Origin: a virus
Strand: one strand, 5' to 3'
Length of the DNA stretch: 64,000 nt
IMG/VR virus record: IMGVR_UViG_3300032242_001655
Location: 32,079 to 96,078 of that record
Shown: piece after piece, positions 28,056 to 35,796 of the stretch
How the letters are laid out: every line of letters starts with the position of its first letter
Numbering within the stretch: position 1 is the stretch's first letter
Translations under genes and position numbers: made by a program
The notes under the pieces: generated by a model
What the model saw: the letters and a program-made list of their open reading frames with translations, nothing else
Databases searched by the model: none
Told to the model about the DNA's origin: nothing

Positions 28056-28534
28056 AATGCTCTCTTTAAATTTAGATAAGCAGGCTTATTGCTATTAATC
28101 CATTTTTTAAACTCTACTGTTAGATCTTCTAGGCCTGCAGGACGATGCTGTGAGATATTTGGCAGTGATTGTAATACCGTTCTATCATCATGTGCCCAAT
28201 GGCTCATCCCATCATGACTATAATCATAATCACGTCCTGATCCTAAAAGTTTGACAGGAATATTTTCGTGGTTTACATAATTACGCAAGAACTCAAAAGG
28301 ACGATACAATAAGAAACTACTCATTGAGTAGCAAACTGGAATCAAGCCTTCTTCTGCCATACCAATAGCAACACCGACCATAAGTTGTTCAGCGGCACCT
28401 ACATTGTAAAAACGATCTGGATATGCGTTACGAATGTGGTCTAAAATACCAAATCCTAAATCAGCAGTGACAACACGAACGCGATCATTGACTGACATTT
28501 CTTCTAATAATAATTGAGCGCACTCTTTTCTCAT
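28052..28534 (-). CDS. transketolase-like pyrimidine-binding subunit
   Basis: ADLGFG...PDRFYNVGAAEQLMVGVAIG...G.SH. Confidence 0.85.
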   Translation of the reverse strand: MRKECAQLLLEEMSVNDRVRVVTADLGFGILDHIRNAYPDRFYNVGAAEQLMVGVAIGMAEEGLIPVCYSMSSFLLYRPFEFLRNYVNHENIPVKLLGSGRDYDYSHDGMSHWAHDDRTVLQSLPNISQHRPAGLEDLTVEFKKWINSNKPAYLNLKRAL

Positions 28535-29145
28535 TTTGTTAACTCCTCGTAGTCTGCTGGTTTCAACACATAGTAGTGTGTTAGCAGGTCTTTGGCAAAT
28601 GACCATTTGTATGGGTCACTGGTTCGAATATTGATTCTGGGTAAGAATGCTCGTAGTCTATTGATTAGGTATTCTGTATCAACAGGATCATATGCACTCA
28701 ATCCATTGATGTTAACATACACTTCAAGATTGTCTACAGGATGTTCTTGAATAAAACGTAGGCTTTCCCAAATGCTCCCTTCTGCGGCTTCTCCGTCACT
28801 AATCATGCAGTAGACTTTCTTGTCCGGAGTTGCTAAGGCATGTCCTACCGCAATAGGAAGCCCACTGCCTAAACTGCCTGTTGAACAGTACAAGTGATTG
28901 GGTAAATCTTTGCCTGGGTGGATACCGTGTTTGTGTAGAAGTTCTACAGGATCAACTCCGTAGTATTTTTCTAATACAACATACAGAGCGAGCCCTGCAT
29001 GTCCATTGCTGAGAATAAACACTTCATCGTCTTTGCGTTGAGCATAAATTTCTTCAATGATAGGAAGTGCACTCAGTGTACTACTAAGGTGGCTTAATTT
29101 TTCTTGATATGTAATATCAATGAGTCTTTGTTCTAATGTAGTCAT
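28531..29145 (-). CDS. transketolase-like thiamine-diphosphate-binding subunit
   Basis: ILSNGHAG, STGSLGSGL and SDGEAAEGSIWE. Confidence 0.88.
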   Translation of the reverse strand: MTTLEQRLIDITYQEKLSHLSSTLSALPIIEEIYAQRKDDEVFILSNGHAGLALYVVLEKYYGVDPVELLHKHGIHPGKDLPNHLYCSTGSLGSGLPIAVGHALATPDKKVYCMISDGEAAEGSIWESLRFIQEHPVDNLEVYVNINGLSAYDPVDTEYLINRLRAFLPRINIRTSDPYKWSFAKDLLTHYYVLKPADYEELTK

Positions 29146-29146
29146 A

Positions 29147-29704
29147 TTAATTTTTAAAAATTACCAGCAGGCCTCTTTTACATTGCTCATCGGGTAATGA
29201 ACTCTTATTAAACAGCATATGTGATTTTTTCTGTTCTTTACATTTATCAAGTATCTCAAGAAGATTTTTAAATGCGTTAGCATCAAATACATTTACATCA
29301 TGATAGACTAATATACCACCGTCATTTAACAAGTTGTCATAAACATGTTCAAACCATTCTTGTGTATGATAGTGATCAGCATCGCTCATAATAAAATCAA
29401 ATTTTTTGTCGCAGTTAAGAACATAGTCTTTTTCTTCGCTTTTTACAATTTTAATTTTATCGCCATAGCGTTCGGGAAGTTCATGAGGAATCTCATATTG
29501 GAAATCTAAAAAGTTATCGACTAAGGTGTAGTCATACGGTTGTTGATTATATTCAAGACCTTCTAAGATACCATCTAAACTTCTTCCACCGCCTACTCCC
29601 ATTTCTAAAATAGTTGTAGGTTTTTGTGCTTTAACAAGTCCAGTTAATAACATAGCATGGCACTTGTCTATTTTTATGTTTTCATCTTGCCCAAATGGTA
29701 TCAT
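29147..29704 (-). CDS. class I SAM-dependent methyltransferase
   Basis: ILEMGVGGG, FDFIMSDADH and GGILVYHD. Confidence 0.82.
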   Translation of the reverse strand: MIPFGQDENIKIDKCHAMLLTGLVKAQKPTTILEMGVGGGRSLDGILEGLEYNQQPYDYTLVDNFLDFQYEIPHELPERYGDKIKIVKSEEKDYVLNCDKKFDFIMSDADHYHTQEWFEHVYDNLLNDGGILVYHDVNVFDANAFKNLLEILDKCKEQKKSHMLFNKSSLPDEQCKRGLLVIFKN

Positions 29705-30534
29705 TATGCAGTCCTTTCATATGTTGCGGTATTGAAAAATTCTTTGATTCCTGATTCTATATCATATTGAGTTTCAAACCCGTATTGCTCTTTGGCATAA
29801 GTTGTATCACAAACCCACACTTCACTTTCAAATGATTTGGCCATACCTGATACAAGTTCTACAGGTGCTGTCTTGTCTAATATTTTTTCAATCATAGCAT
29901 GGATAGCCCAATTGGTCCAAGACTTACCAGATCCAAAGTTTACAATGTCACCTAACGGCTTATCATTTTTCTGAACCAATAAATCAATACCTCTAACAAA
30001 ATCATCTATGTATATAAAATCGTGAACACCATGAAACAGTTTCATTGGTTCATTTAAGTTAAATGCTCGCCACAGTCTTGGAAATAGTCTGTGTGGCTTT
30101 TCATACTTGCCATATACACTATATGGTCTTGCTACTGAAATGTCAAGATTGTATGTTCTTGCGTAGCCTTGGCATAAGAGTGTAGCGGCACCTTTAGTTG
30201 CTTGATACATATCAACAGGATTAATGCGATCTGTTTCTTTACTTGCTCTGGGCATAGGACCGTACTCAGCACTACTGCCTATCTGTACCATTTTGGTGTT
30301 GGGAAATTCTTTTGTGTATTCAAGGCAATCCTGTGTCCACAACACATTAGGAATCCACATGTCTTCTGCCTTGTATATCTCAGCCGCACAGTTAATAACT
30401 ACATCTGGTTTGAAATACTCTAGTTTAGCACGAACATCCATGTAGCGTTTGTGTTCAAACACTTCGTGTTCTTCGTAGTATTCCACAAGATTACGGCCCA
30501 CAAAACCCGAGGATCCTGTTATAAAAATTTTCAT
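29704..30534 (-). CDS. NAD-dependent epimerase/dehydratase (nucleotide-sugar reductase)
   Basis: ITGSSGFVG, GSSAEYG, YQATK and HDFIYIDD. Confidence 0.88.
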   Translation of the reverse strand: MKIFITGSSGFVGRNLVEYYEEHEVFEHKRYMDVRAKLEYFKPDVVINCAAEIYKAEDMWIPNVLWTQDCLEYTKEFPNTKMVQIGSSAEYGPMPRASKETDRINPVDMYQATKGAATLLCQGYARTYNLDISVARPYSVYGKYEKPHRLFPRLWRAFNLNEPMKLFHGVHDFIYIDDFVRGIDLLVQKNDKPLGDIVNFGSGKSWTNWAIHAMIEKILDKTAPVELVSGMAKSFESEVWVCDTTYAKEQYGFETQYDIESGIKEFFNTATYERTA

Positions 30535-31181
30535 TTAACTACTCTTTCCAAATAAATTTTGGCAAGTTCTAAACGTTTTTCAAGTGAAGTACCGGGCCAA
30601 TGAATAAGCCAATCACCATGTTGCCATGTGCCGTCTGTACCTAAACAGTCAAACTTGCTTTGATGTGGATATAGACTGTTTTGGTAAGCGTTCAAATATC
30701 GCTGTGGAACAATTTTAATCTTACCCGCATTTTCTTCTAAGAATACAGAGTCGATCATAGCCTGTTGCTCATAAAAGTAATGATTAGCATATTGATCAAC
30801 AACTTCTGTAATGCTTTTCATGTAAGCACGACCCCATTCGGAATTTTTAATTAAGAAACTGTCGTTGTTGATTTCATTACAGTCTGTGGCCAAGATCAAA
30901 TCATATTCTGGAATGATCTTGTCTTCAATTTTAATGGTATGATTTGTAATCATAGCATCTGTACCAGTCCACCAAAACCATTCAATGTCTTGACGTTCTG
31001 TCATTAGATCTAGCATCCAGAAGATTTTTTCAAATCCAATCGGAATGCCACCTTTGAGTTTGTCTGTTTTTAGGATACCTTCGTATCCGTGTCGGTCACA
31101 ATAAATCTGTTTGTTCTGTGTCCAAGTCATATCTGCTAGGGGTTGATACTTTGCATCGTTTAGGCTAATAACTGCGTACAT
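30531..31181 (-). CDS. GT34/GMA12-MNN10-like glycosyltransferase
   Basis: NKQIYCDRHGY, WWTGTDAMITN, YEQQAM and GDWLIHWPG. Confidence 0.8.
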   Translation of the reverse strand: MYAVISLNDAKYQPLADMTWTQNKQIYCDRHGYEGILKTDKLKGGIPIGFEKIFWMLDLMTERQDIEWFWWTGTDAMITNHTIKIEDKIIPEYDLILATDCNEINNDSFLIKNSEWGRAYMKSITEVVDQYANHYFYEQQAMIDSVFLEENAGKIKIVPQRYLNAYQNSLYPHQSKFDCLGTDGTWQHGDWLIHWPGTSLEKRLELAKIYLERVVK

Positions 31182-31238
31182 GAGTTCCTCTTTAATTTGT
31201 TTTATTTACTACGTATATAATGGGTACTAAATATTTTT

Positions 31239-31727
31239 ATGTTCTATAAACTTAATTGTAAGATCGATCCAGAAAAATTCCTATTGTATGAAGAGGAACA
31301 TCGTAAAAATTGGTTCCTTGACTTTGGGTTCGATACTATGCTAATGCCTCAGAAGATTTTAGAAGATCATACTTTAATGGATGTTATCAAAAAATTTCGA
31401 GGACAGGTTGTGATGTTGCGAATGCCCGAATGGCATTTTTACAATTTCCATGTTGATACAAAAAGACGTTGTGCTATAAATTCACTAGTAACAGGATACG
31501 ATAGCAATTCCTATTTTGGTAGTGATGTATACAAAAACGAAAAGTTGATACACGAGTTAGAAAAAATAGAACCGTTAAATTATACCTTAGGCTCTTGTTA
31601 TGTATTCAACACTAAGCATAGACATGGTGTTGTAAATCGAGCAAATATTAGGTTGACACTTAGCATAGGTTTCTATAATAATAGTTACGAAGAGGTGTTA
31701 GCCTACTGTCAACAAAGAGATTTATAA
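31239..31727 (+). CDS. putative 2OG-Fe(II)/cupin-fold protein
   Basis: FHVD...HGV.N...RLTLS (HxD...H...RxS-like). Confidence 0.55.
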   Translation: MFYKLNCKIDPEKFLLYEEEHRKNWFLDFGFDTMLMPQKILEDHTLMDVIKKFRGQVVMLRMPEWHFYNFHVDTKRRCAINSLVTGYDSNSYFGSDVYKNEKLIHELEKIEPLNYTLGSCYVFNTKHRHGVVNRANIRLTLSIGFYNNSYEEVLAYCQQRDL

Positions 31728-31752
31728 TGTGGCAAAAAAGCCACAGATCAGG

Positions 31753-31781
31753 TTGACAACGAGACTAAATAAACGTACAAT
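31753..31781 (+). promoter_or_regulatory. sigma70 promoter of the leader/tRNA operon
   Basis: TTGACA-N17-TACAAT. Confidence 0.8.
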
Positions 31782-31806
31782 AATACTTTAAGGAAAGTAA
31801 ACGCAA

Positions 31807-31935
31807 ATGAAAAACTGTTCGATACATTATTATACAAAGGCCAAACAGGCAGGCTTTATGCCCTCTGTATGGTTTGCGTCAAGTAATGATCGTACACAAG
31901 AGATTTGCCAGGGGTCCAAGGAGACCATAGTGTAA
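31807..31935 (+). CDS. putative attenuator leader peptide (42 aa)
   Basis: MKNCSIHYYTKAKQAGFMPSVWFASSNDRTQEICQGSKETIV; AAGGA upstream; overlaps the antiterminator arm. Confidence 0.6.
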   Translation: MKNCSIHYYTKAKQAGFMPSVWFASSNDRTQEICQGSKETIV

Positions 31936-31990
31936 AGAAACACTAACTAACTCCAAAGGACCCCAGGATTAAAAACCCTGGGGTTTTTTA
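31908..31990 (+). terminator. attenuator with a mutually exclusive antiterminator and terminator
   Basis: Terminator ACCCCAGG(31960)/CCTGGGGT plus T6; antiterminator GGGGTCC..GGAG(31911-23) pairing CTCC..GGACCCC(31951-64). Confidence 0.7.
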
Positions 31991-32005
31991 TTACTTGAAA
32001 GAATT

Positions 32006-32170
32006 ATGAACGAAACAGAAAAGAAATTTAAAAGAGAAGCCGATTGGTTTGCCGCACACTCAATGACCAAGCAAGAAGTTGAAAAACTCATTGCCGAAAA
32101 GATGGCTCGTGCGTTAGCATACCTAGAGGCTCAAAACAAGCAGTCAATGGTTCCTAAAGAGATCCAATAA
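32006..32170 (+). CDS. small hypothetical protein (54 aa)
   Basis: Read by eye; first ORF after the attenuator. Confidence 0.5.
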   Translation: MNETEKKFKREADWFAAHSMTKQEVEKLIAEKMARALAYLEAQNKQSMVPKEIQ

Positions 32171-32174
32171 TCTG

Positions 32175-32392
32175 CGAAGTGCTATAGGAAACGAGGTCCT
32201 TGTATCACTCTAAACTACTAAACGGGCGGCCTACGGGATGAAGTTCCTTTTGTGGAATGAAAAATCGTAGCGTATTAAAGTGTTCTTCATTCACCCTGCA
32301 CAGGTGTCTAAAAGCATAGCGGAGAGCATTTTAATACACACTCTCTACTTCACTCGACTGGAAGGACACGGCACGTAGTGCTGAGAGTGTTA
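32175..32392 (+). ncRNA. candidate structured RNA ahead of the first tRNA
   Basis: Stems 32231-35/32266-70, 32272-86/32323-37 and 32338-45/32383-90. Confidence 0.4.
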
Positions 32393-32400
32393 TCTATTTT

Positions 32401-32490
32401 GGAGCCTGTTCCCTACGGCGGACTGTAAATCCGTTGCCATAATTTTGTAGGGTGGCTGGCAGTTAGGTTCAATTCCTTCAGGCTCCACCA
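32401..32490 (+). tRNA. tRNA-Tyr(GTA), atypical, with no canonical D-arm
   Basis: GGAGCCTG/CAGGCTCC-A-CCA; anticodon loop CTGTAAA; T-loop TTCAATT. Confidence 0.75.
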
Positions 32491-32495
32491 ATTTA

Positions 32496-32570
32496 GGTCT
32501 CAAAGTGTTCATGGACGCACACGAGCCTGTCACGCTCGAAGAAGGGGATCGTTACCCCTTGGGACCGCCA
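32496..32570 (+). tRNA. tRNA-Asp(GTC)
   Basis: Cloverleaf, loop CTGTCAC, non-canonical T-loop ATCGTTA, CCA. Confidence 0.85.
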
Positions 32571-32576
32571 AATTAT

Positions 32577-32651
32577 TCCCTAGTAGATCAGAGGTAGATC
32601 AGCGGACTGTTAATCCGTGTGTCGGTGGTTCGATCCCACCCTGGGGAGCCA
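32577..32651 (+). tRNA. tRNA-Asn(GTT)
   Basis: Cloverleaf, loop CTGTTAA, CCA. Confidence 0.92.
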
Positions 32652-32656
32652 AACAT

Positions 32657-32731
32657 GGGCTGTTAGTGATAATGGGAGCACGGGGGCTTTGCAAGCCTTA
32701 GGTGGGAGTTCGATCCTCCCACGGTCCACCA
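32657..32731 (+). tRNA. tRNA-Ala(TGC)
   Basis: Cloverleaf, G3.U70, CCA. Confidence 0.92.
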
Positions 32732-32736
32732 AGTTT

Positions 32737-32811
32737 GCCGAGGTAGCTCAGAGGAAGAGCAATGTGTTGATAACGCATAGGTCGAGATTTCAAAATTCTC
32801 CCTCGGTACCA
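32737..32811 (+). tRNA. tRNA-Ile(GAT)
   Basis: Cloverleaf, loop TTGATAA, CCA. Confidence 0.88.
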
Positions 32812-32815
32812 GTTT

Positions 32816-32892
32816 GGGACGGTAACTCAGTTGGCTAGAGTATCGGTCTTTTAAACCGAGAGTCGCGGGTTCGAATCCCGCTCGTCCTACCA
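32816..32892 (+). tRNA. tRNA-Lys(TTT)
   Basis: Cloverleaf, loop CTTTTAA, CCA. Confidence 0.93.
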
Positions 32893-32900
32893 ATGTTTGT

Positions 32901-32974
32901 TGGCTTATGGTGAAATGGTATCACAACGGATTTTGATTCCGTCGTTCTTGGTTCGATCCCAAGTAGGCCTGCCA
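32901..32974 (+). tRNA. tRNA-Gln(TTG)
   Basis: Cloverleaf, unpaired 1:72, loop TTTTGAT, CCA. Confidence 0.9.
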
Positions 32975-33118
32975 ATTAGTTAGAGTAAATGTATTTTCTA
33001 CCGTAGGATAAGATTCTAGAAATTCTTTAGAAGTAGTCCAAGAAGTTCTTGGAACATAGGAAGATTTGCTGAGATTATACAACATTTTGTATTCAGTATA
33101 GTCATCTTCAAATTTCAT
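32921..33118 (-). CDS. possible small antisense ORF within the tRNA array
   Basis: TAAATA-N5-ATG at its start; 3' end runs antisense into tRNA-Gln. Confidence 0.35.
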   Translation of the reverse strand: MKFEDDYTEYKMLYNLSKSSYVPRTSWTTSKEFLESYPTVENTFTLTNWQAYLGSNQERRNQNPL

Positions 33119-33130
33119 AATAATATTTAT

Positions 33131-33205
33131 GGTAATGTAGCATAATGGAAGTGCCCCGCCTTCATACGGCGTCCAGTGTAGGTTCGACTCCTACCATTAC
33201 CACCA
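33131..33205 (+). tRNA. tRNA(CAT), either elongator Met or Ile2
   Basis: Cloverleaf, paired 1:72, loop TTCATAC, CCA. Confidence 0.85.
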
Positions 33206-33206
33206 T

Positions 33207-33295
33207 GGAGGGTTATCTGGGCTGGGCCCAGCTCTGTCTTGAAAACAGAAGGTTCGCGAAAGCGGATAGAGTTCGATTCTACTAGCCCTCCTCCA
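33207..33295 (+). tRNA. tRNA-Ser(TGA), atypical 6-bp D-stem
   Basis: Loop CTTGAAA, long variable arm, CCA. Confidence 0.8.
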
Positions 33296-33315
33296 TATAT
33301 ACATTAAATATCCAG

Positions 33316-33927
33316 ATGCAATATTGGTTATTTTTCTGGGGCGGTACAGGTGGTGATGGACTTAGCAATCTGCTAGAACATGCTGACAATCTAGAACCCT
33401 GTGATGGAATAAAACGATGGCGTACTAGAAATACTCCATCAGGTAAGATTGCGTTCCATGGGCCTAGGTTTTCTAACGTACCATCACTGTTTAGAAATCA
33501 TCAAGGATTTGATATGAGCAAAATTCATTTGCTCAAGCACTATGTAGATTTAATAGAACAAGGAAAGAATACAGTTATTCCTGCACATCCGTGGCCTTAT
33601 AATGATTTTCTTTCTAAGTTTCCACAAAGAGATATCATTGAAAAAGATCAACACAAAATTCTGTTATACTCAAATGATATGGATAGAATAGTTACAGACT
33701 TTATAGATAAGAATCCTACTAGTGAAAAGGCCAAACAAGAATTAATTAGATCAATTGCTGGGAAAAATGTCCTTAAGGATTCGCCTAAATTAGGATATCA
33801 AACATACATTGATATGGATAAAGTTTGGAAAGATTGGGATTACCTAAATAACATCCTAACTGGTATAGGAATTAATTTAGATAGAGTGTATTATGAAGAA
33901 TACTTAAATGTATCAAAGAAAAGATAA
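33316..33927 (+). CDS. hypothetical protein (sulfotransferase/P-loop-like N-terminus)
   Basis: FWGGTGGDGLSNLL; ORF between tRNAs. Confidence 0.6.
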   Translation: MQYWLFFWGGTGGDGLSNLLEHADNLEPCDGIKRWRTRNTPSGKIAFHGPRFSNVPSLFRNHQGFDMSKIHLLKHYVDLIEQGKNTVIPAHPWPYNDFLSKFPQRDIIEKDQHKILLYSNDMDRIVTDFIDKNPTSEKAKQELIRSIAGKNVLKDSPKLGYQTYIDMDKVWKDWDYLNNILTGIGINLDRVYYEEYLNVSKKR

Positions 33928-33928
33928 A

Positions 33929-34018
33929 GGAGCGGTGGCCGAACGGTAAGGCAGTAGATTGCTAATCTATACAACGTGTTAAAGCGTTGACTGGGTTCGA
34001 CTCCCAGTCGCTCCGCCA
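33929..34018 (+). tRNA. tRNA-Ser(GCT)
   Basis: Class II cloverleaf, CCA. Confidence 0.92.
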
Positions 34019-34023
34019 AATTA

Positions 34024-34097
34024 GCCCTATTAGTACAATGGCAGTACAGCGGTTTTGTAATCCGTTGATGGCAGTTCGATTCTGTCATGGGGCACCA
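34024..34097 (+). tRNA. tRNA-Thr(TGT)
   Basis: Cloverleaf, loop TTTGTAA, CCA. Confidence 0.9.
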
Positions 34098-34101
34098 ATT
34101 T

Positions 34102-34175
34102 ACCTCGTTCGTCTAATGGTAGGGCCGCGCCTTTACACGGCGCAGACGGCAGTTCGATTCTGTCACGAGGTACCA
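34102..34175 (+). tRNA. tRNA-Val(TAC)
   Basis: Cloverleaf, loop TTTACAC, CCA. Confidence 0.9.
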
Positions 34176-34189
34176 TAGACTGTTTAGGT

Positions 34190-34264
34190 GTGACCTTAGT
34201 GTTAGCGGTTAGCACCACGGATTGTGATTCCGTTAGGATGGATTCGAATTCCATAGGTCACCCC
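34190..34264 (+). tRNA. tRNA-His(GTG)
   Basis: GTGACCT/AGGTCAC, C73, loop TTGTGAT; position -1 is T; CCA not fully encoded. Confidence 0.85.
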
Positions 34265-34289
34265 TGAGCAGTTTTGTAAATAGAATTAA

Positions 34290-34366
34290 CGGTGTGTAGC
34301 TCAGCCTGGTAGAGCTCTTGGTTTGGGACCAAGTGGTCGCATGTTCGAATCGTGTCACACCGACCA
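34290..34366 (+). tRNA. tRNA-Pro(TGG)
   Basis: Cloverleaf, loop TTTGGGA, CCA. Confidence 0.93.
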
Positions 34367-34380
34367 TATAAAGGAATATT

Positions 34381-34653
34381 ATGTCAAAAGTAAGAGCAAG
34401 CCATATTTTAGTCATGTCATTAAATGAAGCAGTTAACATCCATGAACAAATTTCAAATGGTGTTAGTTTTGAAACATTGGCTCAACAAAATAGTAAGTGC
34501 CCTAGCGGACGCAATGGCGGAGACCTAGGCGAGTTTGGACGCGGACAAATGGTTAAGCCATTTGAAGATGCCGCATTTGGGTTAAATGTAGGAAGTCTCA
34601 GTGACCCAATCAAAACACAATTTGGGTATCACCTCATCAAGCGTACTGCCTAA
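34381..34653 (+). CDS. ppiC: parvulin-type peptidyl-prolyl cis-trans isomerase
   Basis: RASHILV, SKCPSGRNGGDLGEFGRGQMVKPFE and TQFGYHLI. Confidence 0.95.
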   Translation: MSKVRASHILVMSLNEAVNIHEQISNGVSFETLAQQNSKCPSGRNGGDLGEFGRGQMVKPFEDAAFGLNVGSLSDPIKTQFGYHLIKRTA

Positions 34654-34654
34654 C

Positions 34655-35659
34655 ATGTTAAACTACACCTTACACGAAAACGGTTGGACGGTGTTGTTAG
34701 GTAACTTTGATTTTAAAAATACTACACAACAAGATGCAGATGAAATTGCTCGACTAGTTTCTACCAATGTAGCAGTTGTAGCACAGGGTAGTAATATTGA
34801 AAATATGACTCCAGAAGATCAGGTTCGGTTCTGCTCAATGATAGGTAACCTTGAAGAATATCATAATGACACAGCATGGGGTCGTGCTATTGCTCTAAGT
34901 ACTGATAACATCGGAAATAAGATCCAACGTGTTACAGGTGCGGCAAATGAAGAAGGACATCCTGGTTTATTTGGACATGACGAAGAATTAGATTGGCACA
35001 ATAATACTCCCTGGGACATGAGACGCAAGCCCGCTGTATTTTTAAAATCAATCAGCGGAGCAGAAGGTAGTAGAACAAGTTGGACTAACACACAGTTGGC
35101 TTACCGTGATCTTAAACTTGAAGACCCTGCATTTGTTCAAGAATTAGAAGAACAGAATTATCGTGTAGTTTGTGGTTGGCACAAAGAAGGTGGTCATACA
35201 ACAATGTATAACTACTGGCATGATCAGGGACATTTTCCAGATGAAGTAGAATCTGAAGAAACTGCTATGCCATTGGTCTTTACTAATGAAACAGGTTGTA
35301 AAGGATTTTTCTTACCATATCTACAAGCACATAGATTATTCGGCTTGACAAGAGAAGAAAGTTTGCCTATACTTAAACGAGTATGGGATTATTGCTTACA
35401 AGAAAAATACATTTATCATCATGATTGGCTACCCGGGGGTAGCGAGATAGTGTTTGCCGAGCAATGGCTATCTACACATAAGCGTTGGGAGTTTGATAAA
35501 ATGAAAACTCGTTTTATGGAAAGATCAGCAGTTGACTATGTAAACACTTCATGGTGGCCAGATGTAAAGAAAACATTTAGAAAACAGATAACAGACATAA
35601 TAAGACAGAATAATGTAGAGATGGCAGAGCGGCAAATGCAACGGATTGCAAATCCGTAA
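34655..35659 (+). CDS. TauD/TfdA-family Fe(II)/2OG dioxygenase-like protein
   Basis: ELDWHNN, GSRTSW, YHHDW...HKRW; 3' end overlaps tRNA-Cys. Confidence 0.7.
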   Translation: MLNYTLHENGWTVLLGNFDFKNTTQQDADEIARLVSTNVAVVAQGSNIENMTPEDQVRFCSMIGNLEEYHNDTAWGRAIALSTDNIGNKIQRVTGAANEEGHPGLFGHDEELDWHNNTPWDMRRKPAVFLKSISGAEGSRTSWTNTQLAYRDLKLEDPAFVQELEEQNYRVVCGWHKEGGHTTMYNYWHDQGHFPDEVESEETAMPLVFTNETGCKGFFLPYLQAHRLFGLTREESLPILKRVWDYCLQEKYIYHHDWLPGGSEIVFAEQWLSTHKRWEFDKMKTRFMERSAVDYVNTSWWPDVKKTFRKQITDIIRQNNVEMAERQMQRIANP

Positions 35660-35691
35660 AACCGTGGGTTCGAGTCCCACTCTCTATTCCA
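35615..35691 (+). tRNA. tRNA-Cys(GCA)
   Basis: GTAGAGA/TCTCTAT, U73, loop TTGCAAA, CCA. Confidence 0.9.
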
Positions 35692-35708
35692 GGTTAAATA
35701 TATGCGAT

Positions 35709-35782
35709 GCGGGATTAGTTTAATGGTAAAACGAGATCCTTCCAAGTTCAAGTCAGCGGTTCGATTCCGCTATCCCGCTCCA
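35709..35782 (+). tRNA. tRNA-Gly(TCC)
   Basis: Cloverleaf, U73, CCA; anticodon stem has two mismatches. Confidence 0.82.
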
Positions 35783-35796
35783 AGTTAAAGGTTATC

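Noticed and set aside
32231-32270. Hammerhead ribozyme (GATGA...GAAA around a hairpin)
   Set aside because: The core reads GGGATGA rather than CTGANGA, and no stem I/III with a cleavage triplet could be built.
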